Virus record (IMG/VR): IMGVR_UViG_3300033143_002031
Coordinates: 120,745 to 184,744 of that record
Length of the DNA: 64,000 bases
Direction: 5' to 3' (one strand)
From: a virus
Positions 25,822 through 35,036 of the stretch are shown piece by piece. The notes under the pieces are model-generated. The model was not told the DNA's origin, did no database searches, and was given only the letters and a program-made list of their open reading frames with translations. Position 1 is the first letter of the stretch, and every line of letters begins with the position of its first letter. Made by a program: the position numbers and the translations under genes.

Positions 25822-28800
25822 ATGATCGAGTACGAGAATGGCCACTGGCGGTCAGTGCGGACGCCGCAGGAGGGGACCGGGCTCCTGGAGAGAGACCTGG
25901 AGACCCTCACCTCCGAGGAGCGCGAGACGATCGGGGTTCTCATGGCCGAGCTAGCGGACCCCGCCGCGTCTGCCGGGCTCCTCCAGACCATCGGCAACCT
26001 GGAGTGGCTACGCACCCCGGTGGACATGCAAACTTTCTGCATGGACCCGTACTACCTCGGGAACACCTGCGACAACCTGTACCCGAGGCTCCTGGAGGAC
26101 ATCACCGCGCTGTTCGAGGAGGGCTATCGGGAGGCGGTCCTCACGGGCGCGATCGGGTGGGGGAAGACCTTCGCTGCGTCCATCGGCATCTGCCGGCTTC
26201 TGTACATCCTGAGTTGCATGCGGGACCCCCACCGTTCTTTCGGAATCGCAGCCAACTCGAACATCTCGATCGTCTGCCTCTCGGTCAACGAGATCCTGGC
26301 CACCAAGGTCGCCTACGAGAACATCGCTACCAAGATCGAGGCGAGCCCCTACTTTCAGGAAAACTTCCCGTTCGAGAAGACAAAGAAGGAACTTCGCTTC
26401 CCACGCAAGGTGTGGGTGGCCGCGCGTGCGAGCAACGACGGCTCGGTCTTGGGGCTAAATGTTATTGGAGGCTTGCTGGATGAATGTGTGCCAGTCGGGT
26501 CGCTGGTGCTGCTCGGGGATGGTAAACAGGCTCGTGTGGAGACGTTGGTCGGTCGGACCGATGTGGTGGTCGAGACGTTCGACTTCGAGCTAGGTCACGC
26601 TGTGCCAGCACAGGCGTTCGTGAAATGGTCGTCGGAGCAGCCGTGTTACGAGTTGGAGTTGGATAACGGTGGAGTGATGCGCGGGTCGGCCGATCACCCT
26701 GTTGCAGTTCGACAGGTTGACGGCACCTTCACTTTCAACGTAATGGGCGCTATCCTGGACGGGCAGGAGGTTGTGGTTCATGCCCCGATGGACGGAGGAG
26801 CGCCGGAAAGCTCATTCGGAGCGGATGAAGGCTCTGTGGGCGGAGGGACGATACAAGGACCGGGAGATGTCACCCGAGGGTCGCGAGAGGCAGGTTTCGG
26901 CGGTGCGGCAGATGCACGCGGAGGGACGGGGCTTTGTTCCGCCTCCGATGGAGGGGACCGACAACCCGATGTATGGGAAGCGGCTCTCCGACTCGCAGAA
27001 AGAGCGCATAGGCGAAGTGAGCAGAGGCAGGCGGTGGTCGGACGAGGACCGCAAGCGCATGTCCGAGCAGCGGACCGGGAAGCCGGTCCACTCACAAGAG
27101 TTCAAGGACGCGCTGGCCGAACGCAACCGGGAGCGCAAGGGCAAGTTCAAGCACACCGAGGAGACCAAACAGAAGATCTCCGAATCGAACATCTGGAAAC
27201 TCCGCAAGGGGGACTTCCGCTACTTGGGTTGGGCGCAGACGACCAAGGCAGGGCGTGTCGGTTTCCGCAGTCTGTACGAATTGAGAGCCATCGAGTTGTT
27301 GGAGGCGGACTCCTCTGTGACGCGGTTCGAGTACGAGAAGCTGGCGGTCTCCTACTCGTTGAACGGGACGACCCGCCGCACGGTGCCGGACTTTCGAGTC
27401 TGGGGCGACAGGGATCGTGTGATCGAGGTCAAGCCCCGGGGCTTCACCTACCATTGGAAGGAGAAGCTCAAGATGGGTGCCGCGCGGCGCTACTGCGAGG
27501 AGCACGGCTTGGAGTACGTAGTCTGGGACGAGAGCTTTCTGTGGCCCGCGTCGTGTCCAAGAGAGACGTGGGAGTGCAGCCTACCTACGACGTTTCGGTC
27601 CCAGGGTACGAGTGCTTCGTCGTAGACGGGGTTCTCGTCCACAACACCAACTTCATGCCCAAGGCGAGCAAGGGGCAGGACCCGAGGTTCAACCTTCAGG
27701 ACCGGGCCGAGGTGCTGTACAACGCCATGCAGCGCCGGATGAAGTCCAGGTTCGAGCGCAAGGGACGGCTGCCCGGCATTCTGTTCGTCGTCTCCTCGAA
27801 GCAGACCAACGATGACTTCACGGCCAAGCGGGTCAAAGAGTCGATTCTCGACCCGACAGTGTTCGTGCGGGATTACGCTCTTTGGGACGTCAAGCCGGAC
27901 ATCTACTACTCTGACGACTGGTTCCATGTGGTGGTGGGGAACGAGCAAGCTCCCAGTCGAATCATCGAGGTCGATGAAGACCTCGATGAGGTGAGGGTGC
28001 TGCTCCCCGAGGACTGCGTTGTGATCGAAGTTCCGGAGGACTTCCGAGTAGACTTCGAGAAAGACTTGGAAGGGGCCATCCGGGACCTTGCGGGCGTGGC
28101 CACCGTCTCCGTGAGCCCCTACATCCAACGCCGTACCAAGATCGTTGAAGCCATCCGTCCGGGCATGAAGCACCCTTTCAGCGTGGAGGTGTACGACCCC
28201 TCGCAGCCGGGGAGGTTCTACTGGCACAAGATGCTGCGGGCTGCTTCGGACGCCGAGGGCGGCAACAGGCCCATCCTGAGCCCCTACGCTCCCCGACACA
28301 TCCACATCGACCCGTCGATGACAGGCGACTCCACAGGCTTCGCCATGGGGCACATCTCAGGCTGGCGTGAGGTCGTCCGGAGGGACGACGAGGGGAACAA
28401 GTACCCCGAGCGTGCTCCGGAGATCACGTTCGACGTGCTCTTGAAGATCGTCCCGCCTATCGGAGGGGAGATCGTCCTCGGCGAGATACGAAAACTCGTC
28501 TACCAGTTGAGCAAGCACGGGTACATGATCACCTGCGTGTCGATCGACTCGTGGAACTCCGCCGACGCGATCCAGAAGTTGAATCAGCGAGGCTTCAACG
28601 CGATCCAGTTGTCGATCGACAGGACGATGGGACCCTACGACCTTCTGAAGACGGGCCTCTACGAGGACCGCATCTACTACTACGAATACGAGCCTCTCCT
28701 TCGGGAGCTACGCGAGGTCGAGCACGACCGCATGAAGCACAAGGTGGACCACCCGCTGCGTGGCTCGAAGGATATTTCAGACGCAGCGGCCGGGGTCATG

Positions 28801-28998
28801 TGGACGCTCACTGAAAACTCCTCCGCACTGCCTCTCCCCATCCTCCGCAGCGTTCCGCAGAACGGGGATGCGTGGATGCAGGAGCACCAGCAAGCGGCGA
28901 TGGCGAGGAGCTACGGGAGCGAGGACACCTCGGATATGTCGGAGAGTACGGCTTTGCCTCCGTTTCTGGTAGGCTCTGGAAGCGATTGGGGCGACTGA
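25822..28998 (+). CDS. terL: terminase large subunit, intein-containing
   Basis: Walker A TGAIGWGKT, Walker B GLLDE followed by the intein, VVSS, nuclease motifs HIDPSMTGD, SIDSWN, KDISDA; spliced length 671 aa. Confidence 0.92.
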   Translation: MIEYENGHWRSVRTPQEGTGLLERDLETLTSEERETIGVLMAELADPAASAGLLQTIGNLEWLRTPVDMQTFCMDPYYLGNTCDNLYPRLLEDITALFEEGYREAVLTGAIGWGKTFAASIGICRLLYILSCMRDPHRSFGIAANSNISIVCLSVNEILATKVAYENIATKIEASPYFQENFPFEKTKKELRFPRKVWVAARASNDGSVLGLNVIGGLLDECVPVGSLVLLGDGKQARVETLVGRTDVVVETFDFELGHAVPAQAFVKWSSEQPCYELELDNGGVMRGSADHPVAVRQVDGTFTFNVMGAILDGQEVVVHAPMDGGAPESSFGADEGSVGGGTIQGPGDVTRGSREAGFGGAADARGGTGLCSASDGGDRQPDVWEAALRLAERAHRRSEQRQAVVGRGPQAHVRAADREAGPLTRVQGRAGRTQPGAQGQVQAHRGDQTEDLRIEHLETPQGGLPLLGLGADDQGRACRFPQSVRIESHRVVGGGLLCDAVRVREAGGLLLVERDDPPHGAGLSSLGRQGSCDRGQAPGLHLPLEGEAQDGCRAALLRGARLGVRSLGRELSVARVVSKRDVGVQPTYDVSVPGYECFVVDGVLVHNTNFMPKASKGQDPRFNLQDRAEVLYNAMQRRMKSRFERKGRLPGILFVVSSKQTNDDFTAKRVKESILDPTVFVRDYALWDVKPDIYYSDDWFHVVVGNEQAPSRIIEVDEDLDEVRVLLPEDCVVIEVPEDFRVDFEKDLEGAIRDLAGVATVSVSPYIQRRTKIVEAIRPGMKHPFSVEVYDPSQPGRFYWHKMLRAASDAEGGNRPILSPYAPRHIHIDPSMTGDSTGFAMGHISGWREVVRRDDEGNKYPERAPEITFDVLLKIVPPIGGEIVLGEIRKLVYQLSKHGYMITCVSIDSWNSADAIQKLNQRGFNAIQLSIDRTMGPYDLLKTGLYEDRIYYYEYEPLLRELREVEHDRMKHKVDHPLRGSKDISDAAAGVMWTLTENSSALPLPILRSVPQNGDAWMQEHQQAAMARSYGSEDTSDMSESTALPPFLVGSGSDWGD
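26485..27645 (+). mobile_element. intein (387 aa) whose endonuclease is encoded in a different reading frame
   Basis: CVPVGSLV start, block B GSADHP, end YDVSV...FVVDGVLVHN then Thr; the central part in this frame has no endonuclease motifs. Confidence 0.92.
26780..27625 (+). CDS. nested +1-frame homing endonuclease: NUMOD3 repeats plus TnsA-like PD-(D/E)XK domain (281 aa)
   Basis: SD AGGAGG 26765-26770, ATG 26780; NPMYGKRLSDSQKERI, HTEETKQKISES; FRSLYE...YEKLAVSY...TVPDF...IEVKP. Confidence 0.88.
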   Translation: MPRWTEERRKAHSERMKALWAEGRYKDREMSPEGRERQVSAVRQMHAEGRGFVPPPMEGTDNPMYGKRLSDSQKERIGEVSRGRRWSDEDRKRMSEQRTGKPVHSQEFKDALAERNRERKGKFKHTEETKQKISESNIWKLRKGDFRYLGWAQTTKAGRVGFRSLYELRAIELLEADSSVTRFEYEKLAVSYSLNGTTRRTVPDFRVWGDRDRVIEVKPRGFTYHWKEKLKMGAARRYCEEHGLEYVVWDESFLWPASCPRETWECSLPTTFRSQGTSASS

Positions 28999-29037
28999 TC
29001 GGTTTCCACGCTCGGTCGCACGTGGTATTAGAGCAGC

Positions 29038-29379
29038 ATGGACAGCGAACTCAGGCGGCAACTGGAGGAGATCTTCGGAGGCGACATGAACGTCGCACCC
29101 GGGGGTACAGGAGCCGTGCTCATTCGCCCATCGAAGTTGTCTTTGGAGGTCGCGCAGCAAGCCGTCAGGGCTATGCCGATAGACGGGTTGTATCGAGACG
29201 TAGGTGCTGTCGCAGCGCGTGTCCTAGCGGATGAACTGGAGAGGCAGTCTCTCCGGCCGGCGGACTACGCTAACCTCCCCGATCTTCCGAAGGCAGCAGC
29301 GAAGCGAATCGTTGGCTACCTTCTCCGGTCGGAGGAGTTTGCTCGGTCGTTCTCCGAGCACCTGGCCGCGAGGGGATAG
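29038..29379 (+). CDS. hypothetical protein
   Basis: Preceded by TGGTATTAG; stop overlaps the portal GTG. Confidence 0.65.
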   Translation: MDSELRRQLEEIFGGDMNVAPGGTGAVLIRPSKLSLEVAQQAVRAMPIDGLYRDVGAVAARVLADELERQSLRPADYANLPDLPKAAAKRIVGYLLRSEEFARSFSEHLAARG

Positions 29380-31175
29380 TGGGCGCTGTACAGAATGTTG
29401 TTGATCGCCTGCGTGGTGCGTTTGTCTCGGATAAGGAACGGGGAGGGCAACTACTCGCCAAGGGCAGCACCTCTCCAACGTATCCGGACTCTGGGTACGA
29501 CCTGCTTCAAGCCTACGGCTACGATGCTCTGTCGGACTATCTCCGGTTGGAGCACGATCTCCTCAGTCGCTATGTCGACTACGAGGAGATGGACGACTAC
29601 CCCGAGGTCTCGTCGGCCATCGACATCTACGCGGACGACGCCTCACAGCCGGACACGCAACTCCAGCGCACCGTGTGGGTGTCCAGTCCGGACAAGACCC
29701 TTCAGGGCGTGCTCGACGATCTGTTCCATAAGCGGCTCCGCCTGGACGAGGAAATCTGGGAAATCGTGCGCTCCCTGGTGAAGTACGGGAACGACTACGA
29801 AGAGTTGCTCGTCAATCAGGATGGCGTGGTCGGCTTGAACTTCCTTCCGGCGCCGACTGTGCGCCGGGTGGAAGGCCCTCGTGGGGAACTGTACGGGTTC
29901 GTCCAGGACTTCAAAGGCCGGTTCGGCTACTCTCCGCAGGAGTTTCAGAAGATCCTAACCCAGCGCACGGACGCTATCCGTCAGGTCACGCAGCCGGGCG
30001 CCGCTCGACCCCCGGGCAACATGCTACAGCGCGTCTCTGCGCTGGAGCCTTGGGAGGTGTCGCACTTCCGCTTGCGCGGGAAGCACCGCCGGAGCGTGTA
30101 CGGCTACTCGGTCCTCGAATCGTCACGGTGGATATGGAAGCGGCTCATGCTGCTCGAAGATGCCGCGATGATTTATCGACTCCAGCGAGCGCCCGAGCGC
30201 TTCGCCTTCTATGTCGACGTCGGCGATCTACCTCCGGCCGAGGCGTTGGCGTTCGTCAACAAGATCCGGCAGCAGCACAAGAAGAAGCGGTTCGTCAACC
30301 CGTCTACCGGCAAACTCGATATGAAATTCGAGCCGCTGTCCCAGGATGACGACTTCTGGGTTCCGGTGCGTAAGGGTGTGGAGGGTACGCGGATCGAGGT
30401 ACTCGGCGGCCCGTCCTGGCAGCACATGGACGACGTAGAGTATTTCCAGACGAAGCTGTTCACCGCAATGAAGGTGCCCAAGGCGTACCTGGCTCAGGAC
30501 GACAACACGGCAAGAGCGGTCCTCTCTAGCGAGGATGTCCGGTTCGCACGGTCTGTCTTGCGAGTCCAGCGGGAGGTCCGCAACGGTCTTCGCAAGGTGG
30601 CCCGGACGCACCTGGCGGCGCTCAATATCGACCCCTACGCGAGCGACTACACCATCCACATGACCGTGCCTTCGGCCATCTTCGAGTTGGCTCAGTTGGA
30701 GGTACGGAACGCGCGGGCTGACTTGGCTTCGCGTATGCGCGAGCATGTCTCGCTGCGGTGGGTGTTGGAGAACATCTACCAGCTATCGGACGAGGACATC
30801 AAACTCATCATTCAAGAGCGGTCCGAGGATGTGATCCGAGAGGGCAAGGCTCAGGCCGAGGTCGAGAAGATGAGCGCCATGGCGCAGGCTTCGGTAGAGC
30901 AGGCATCGGGTGGAGGTGGAGGTGGTGGCGGTGGCGTGGAGTCGCTCGCAGCCCCTTCGGGTATGCGGAGGCTCGAACGCAAGATCGCTGCGATACCCCG
31001 TCAGTTGCGTGGGGCTATCACCGAGAAGGAGCTTCTAAGAGGGAATCGCGAGGCCGAGAAGCGGGCCGAGGGAAAGTTGGACAGCATCCTCCGGTCGAAC
31101 AGTGCGAACAGCCAACGCTTGCGGGAGAGCGTGGCGCTTCTCCGAGAGGTCGTGGCAGCGGCGCATGGCCGCTGA
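29379..31175 (+). CDS. portal protein (T4 gp20-like)
   Basis: YEEMDDYPEVSSAIDIYADDA, YRLQRAPERFAFYVDVGDLP, EDFW-like DDDFWVPVR...GTRIEVL, DVEYFQTKLFTAMKVPKAYL, EDVRF. Confidence 0.92.
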   Translation: MGAVQNVVDRLRGAFVSDKERGGQLLAKGSTSPTYPDSGYDLLQAYGYDALSDYLRLEHDLLSRYVDYEEMDDYPEVSSAIDIYADDASQPDTQLQRTVWVSSPDKTLQGVLDDLFHKRLRLDEEIWEIVRSLVKYGNDYEELLVNQDGVVGLNFLPAPTVRRVEGPRGELYGFVQDFKGRFGYSPQEFQKILTQRTDAIRQVTQPGAARPPGNMLQRVSALEPWEVSHFRLRGKHRRSVYGYSVLESSRWIWKRLMLLEDAAMIYRLQRAPERFAFYVDVGDLPPAEALAFVNKIRQQHKKKRFVNPSTGKLDMKFEPLSQDDDFWVPVRKGVEGTRIEVLGGPSWQHMDDVEYFQTKLFTAMKVPKAYLAQDDNTARAVLSSEDVRFARSVLRVQREVRNGLRKVARTHLAALNIDPYASDYTIHMTVPSAIFELAQLEVRNARADLASRMREHVSLRWVLENIYQLSDEDIKLIIQERSEDVIREGKAQAEVEKMSAMAQASVEQASGGGGGGGGGVESLAAPSGMRRLERKIAAIPRQLRGAITEKELLRGNREAEKRAEGKLDSILRSNSANSQRLRESVALLREVVAAAHGR

Positions 31176-31214
31176 GTCTACCTTTCGTTTGACAGACGGT
31201 TCGAGGAACAGCTA

Positions 31215-32108
31215 GTGTCGCCCAAGATGATCGAGAGCCCCAACAAACTCCTACCGGATGCCGAATTGCGGCGTCTTCGGTCAGGGAGCTACGAGGTAAA
31301 GATCGAGGAGGTCGCCCGAGCGGTCCGTGCGGGCCTTGGGGACGTTCCTTTCGAGGTGGTGGCGACGCAGGAGTACGGGGCTGTGGTGTACTCCGGTGGG
31401 AAGTACGTTCGCGTGGAGTTGACCGAGGATGGCCCGACGCTCTCGGACCTCGATGTCGAGGTATTCGACATGACAAGCATGCACGGTTTCGTGGGGAGGG
31501 AGGCCGGCGTTGTTGTCGACCTGTTCCTTCGTGGCGAGATGAAATCCGCTGTGTCCCGATTGGAGAATCTAGTTCCGAAGACCCGTGTCTCGGGCGGCAA
31601 GGTTGCAAAGATCGAGGGCATGATAGCGGCCCCGCGACCGTGGAGGCGGCTCTTCGAGGCGCGTGAGGACCACATTCTCGGCTTCATCGAGGGCGATGTG
31701 GAGGCTCTCGAAGAAGGCCGGTTGCGCCAGAAGTTCGGTAAGTTGTATGATGGGGCGATCGAAGAGGGCAAACTCAGTGCCTACGAGGATCGCGTGACAG
31801 AAGGTCTGAGGATCGTGATTGACAGGCTGGGTCAGATTCGAGACGAGGTAGGGACAGCGTTGGCAGTAGCGACCACTACCCTTTCCGAGTCCACCGGGCC
31901 TATCGCTGATATGTTTGCTCGATTTGCTGACGATCTGTTCGCCGACCTCTGTGCGATCCATGAATCAGGCTCCCACGCAATTGAGGCGGTAGACGATATC
32001 CGCTCCCGTGGTAGACTCTGCGACACGCTCGTCGGAGGGTTGCACGATCGGGAGGTCGCTGGCCGCTTCGTCGTGGTGGTGGCCAATAGAATGGTCGAGG
32101 CCAGCTAG
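31215..32108 (+). CDS. hypothetical head-module protein
   Basis: SD GAGGAA before GTG; lies between portal and scaffold. TTGACA-18-TAGTGT at 31189-31218 would favour ATG 31227 instead. Confidence 0.65.
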   Translation: MSPKMIESPNKLLPDAELRRLRSGSYEVKIEEVARAVRAGLGDVPFEVVATQEYGAVVYSGGKYVRVELTEDGPTLSDLDVEVFDMTSMHGFVGREAGVVVDLFLRGEMKSAVSRLENLVPKTRVSGGKVAKIEGMIAAPRPWRRLFEAREDHILGFIEGDVEALEEGRLRQKFGKLYDGAIEEGKLSAYEDRVTEGLRIVIDRLGQIRDEVGTALAVATTTLSESTGPIADMFARFADDLFADLCAIHESGSHAIEAVDDIRSRGRLCDTLVGGLHDREVAGRFVVVVANRMVEAS

Positions 32109-32118
32109 GAGGAATGGT

Positions 32119-33030
32119 ATGACTTTGCTCAGGCACGCGGTGGTAATCACCTCCCTGGAGGAGGACTTCCGGCGCATTGGCCTCATCAAGGAAGATCACC
32201 CCGGCGAGGGAGAGGACGTCCTTGCGGAGTCCGAGTCCGAGGAGACCGACGAGTCCGATTACGACGTGGACTTCGACGACGACGAGGACGAGGCAATCTC
32301 CAAGGCCCGCCCCGACTCCGACGAGGCCGACGAGGCCGACGAGGCCGACGAGTCCGACGAGTCCGACGAGGATGTCGCTATGGCCGAGGCCGTTGCTTTC
32401 CACGAGAGTGCGAAGGCGATGTGGCAGGAGTTCGGTGAGGATGGCATCGAGACGATCGATCTCGACTCGGGGCAGATGTCCGCTCTGGAGGGCATGGGGG
32501 ATACCACCACGCTCCCCGGCGGTGTCATCGACGAGACCATCGACGCTGACGACGAGGACGAGGCCATCGACGAGGACGACGACGAGGATGAGGGCGAAGA
32601 CGCCCCCAACCCGTTCGAGTCCGTGTCCGAGGCCATGAGCGCCATCGAGGCCATCCTGGACGAGGACGCGCGGCCGACCGACTCTCTGGAGGAGGCCACC
32701 CCAGCGTTCGCCAACCTCGCGCTCATCTCGGAGAAGCTGTACGGTTTCTTCACCGAGACCGCCGAGGCTCAGGACGATGCCGAGTACGCGGAGATTGCCG
32801 AGGCGTACAAGAGCATCGCGCAGTACTCGGCAGCGATCGTGGACACGCTCAAGACCGAGAGTGCCGACACGATCAACTTCGAGGCCCTCACGGAGACGTT
32901 CCAGGACTACCTGGCGACGGTCCTCCAGGGCTTGGAGACCTTCGCCATCCTCCGGGAGGCCGATGAGGACGAGGACGAGGACGAGGACGACGGTGAGGAG
33001 CAGGACGAGGGCGATGAGGGAAACGGGTAA
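32119..33030 (+). CDS. highly acidic prohead core/scaffolding protein (303 aa)
   Basis: SD AGGAGG; very D/E-rich with 9-bp DEA coding repeats near 32319-32370; located before the protease as in T4-like head modules. Confidence 0.7.
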   Translation: MTLLRHAVVITSLEEDFRRIGLIKEDHPGEGEDVLAESESEETDESDYDVDFDDDEDEAISKARPDSDEADEADEADESDESDEDVAMAEAVAFHESAKAMWQEFGEDGIETIDLDSGQMSALEGMGDTTTLPGGVIDETIDADDEDEAIDEDDDEDEGEDAPNPFESVSEAMSAIEAILDEDARPTDSLEEATPAFANLALISEKLYGFFTETAEAQDDAEYAEIAEAYKSIAQYSAAIVDTLKTESADTINFEALTETFQDYLATVLQGLETFAILREADEDEDEDEDDGEEQDEGDEGNG

Positions 33031-33086
33031 GGCGACGACTCCGCGCGCTGGCCCTCCGTAAGGGGCGTACAACACGGCGTCGTCGC
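33018..33086 (+). promoter_or_regulatory. candidate -1 programmed frameshift signal
   Basis: G GGA AAC in the scaffold frame (33018-33024), 7-nt spacer, stem GCGACGAC 33032-33039 / GTCGTCGC 33079-33086. Confidence 0.72.
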
Positions 33087-33278
33087 ACAGCGTATTCCTC
33101 GGGGAGACGGGAAGTGGTAGGGATGGAGAAGAGTCCAGTGAAGCGTCAGACTCGAAGCGTAGGAGGATCGCGTTCGGGGCTGGATTTCACTGTCGACCTT
33201 CCCAAGACGAGCATACGGTCCGACGCCAGTCTGGACCGTGGGCCGTTCCGGTCCAACTTCCGCTGGAAGGTGTCATGA
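33018..33278 (+). CDS. -1 frame extension of the scaffold (Arg/Lys-rich, about 85 aa)
   Basis: Frame opens exactly at the slippery site (TGA 33015-33017 precedes it) and its TGA overlaps the protease ATG (ATGA 33275-33278). Absent from the ORF track. Confidence 0.7.
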   Translation, partial: GKRVRRRLRALALRKGRTTRRRRTAYSSGRREVVGMEKSPVKRQTRSVGGSRSGLDFTVDLPKTSIRSDASLDRGPFRSNFRWKVS

Positions 33279-34978
33279 TGGGACAATTGACTGCGACTTC
33301 CCCATCCACCGAGAACCAGTTGATCGACGAGCAGGTTCACCCCTGCAAGCTCGAACTGGTCGAGGGGGAAGGCGAGAAGAAGGGCCGCGTGTTTGCACGT
33401 GGGGAGTTCGGCCATGCGGTCAACCCCACAGCGAACGGACGCCGATACCGGCACAACATCTGGGAGAACAATTTCTCTCGCCTCCAGTCGAACCTGGAGT
33501 CCAAAAAGGTGCTGGGCGAACTCGACCACCCCACGGATGGGCGCACGGCACTGCAACGCGCTTCGCACGTTATCACCGGCCTCCGCTTGGAGGACGACAA
33601 GGTGATGGGTGAGGCCGAGATCCTCGACACGGCCAAGGGCCGAGACCTGAAGGCGATCCTCGCGGCGGGTGTTCCGGTGGGCATCAGTTCCCGTGGTTTC
33701 GGGAGCACCAAGCCGGGCAAGGACGGCATCGAGGAAGTCCAGGAGGACTACAAACTCGTCACCTTCGATTTCGTGGCTGAACCAGCCGACCCGTCGGCCT
33801 ATCCCGAGGTGGTCTTCGAGAGCGCCGAAGAGGGCGCGGCCATGATGTTCGAGGGTGTGGCCTTCGAGACGGCCGAGCCGGAAGGTGCTTCTGAGGGTGA
33901 GGACGAGGGCGATGACGAAAACGTCGCTCCTGTCGTAGGTTCAGCACCTCCGGGCGAGGCAGAGATGGCCAAGCGCTTCGGAGAGAAGGTGGCTGCCGAG
34001 GCTGCCGCTGCGCCGAAGTCCGCCGAGGCAGAGATGGCCGCGCGGTTCGCCGCGAAGGTTCTGTCCGACGCCGAGGGAAACGATGTCTCGGTCGAAGACC
34101 TCCGGCAGGAGTTTGCGGACCAGATCGTAGATCGTATCGCTGCCCTCCGGGGTGACGTCGAGAAGCAGGTTCGCGCTGAGATGGCAGCGGACCCCGCAGT
34201 TGCAGGTGCGAGAGCGGCCTTGGAAGACGTGCAGCGGGCGTTGCTCCCGTTCGCCCTGACCGAGGATGCCCACGCGCTGGTCGCAGAGCGCGACGATGAG
34301 ATACACGCGCTCCGGTCCAAGCTCGAAGAGGTGGAGCAGACGATCGAGCAGCACGAGACGCTGATCGAAACGCTCACCGAGGCGGCTCGGGAGGCAGGCT
34401 ACAGGTACCACCTGGAGTGCTTGCTCCATGAGGATGACGCAGAGATCGAGCGGCTTCGCGTGATCGTTGGGGATGTCTCGCAGTACGACTCCCCGGATGC
34501 GCTTCGCACTCGTGTCGAAGAGGCGTATCAGGAGATGCAGACGTTCCGTATCGAAGAGGAGCGTGTGCAGCAACAACGGTCGGAGGAATCTGATCGTCTA
34601 CGCGGCAAGAACCAGGCATTGGCGGAGGGGCTGGAGAAAGCCCTCGTCGCCAACCGGGACCTGGCTCTACAGGTCTACGCATCCAAGAGGTTGCAAACTC
34701 ACCCTCAAGGTGCGAAGATCCTCCGCATGCTCGAACGATCAGGGCTTCAGTCCCAGGAGCAAGTGGATGCACTGATCGAGGACTTCCGTGAGCCGAAGCG
34801 CGACGCGGACGACCTCGAAGCAGTGCGTGCTCGCGTTCGTGCTCAACTGCATGGTGGGGCGGAGTATCTCGAAGAAGACACGCAACCCTCTGGGCCGCGT
34901 GGTAGTGGATCGAAGGACTACAATGGTCTCGGAGCGTCCCTGGCTGACTTGAAACACCTGGCAGGACTGCGAGACTGA
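33275..34978 (+). CDS. prohead protease (T4 gp21-like) fused to a coiled-coil scaffold
   Basis: NGRRY, LGELDHP, ASHVIT, GISSRGFGS, FDFVAEPA, then about 380 aa of acidic coiled coil. Confidence 0.9.
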   Translation: MMGQLTATSPSTENQLIDEQVHPCKLELVEGEGEKKGRVFARGEFGHAVNPTANGRRYRHNIWENNFSRLQSNLESKKVLGELDHPTDGRTALQRASHVITGLRLEDDKVMGEAEILDTAKGRDLKAILAAGVPVGISSRGFGSTKPGKDGIEEVQEDYKLVTFDFVAEPADPSAYPEVVFESAEEGAAMMFEGVAFETAEPEGASEGEDEGDDENVAPVVGSAPPGEAEMAKRFGEKVAAEAAAAPKSAEAEMAARFAAKVLSDAEGNDVSVEDLRQEFADQIVDRIAALRGDVEKQVRAEMAADPAVAGARAALEDVQRALLPFALTEDAHALVAERDDEIHALRSKLEEVEQTIEQHETLIETLTEAAREAGYRYHLECLLHEDDAEIERLRVIVGDVSQYDSPDALRTRVEEAYQEMQTFRIEEERVQQQRSEESDRLRGKNQALAEGLEKALVANRDLALQVYASKRLQTHPQGAKILRMLERSGLQSQEQVDALIEDFREPKRDADDLEAVRARVRAQLHGGAEYLEEDTQPSGPRGSGSKDYNGLGASLADLKHLAGLRD

Positions 34979-35036
34979 GAAAGAACTTCTGGCGGGCGAC
35001 GACGATCCGCCGTGGGAAAGACTAAGGAGGCAAGCC

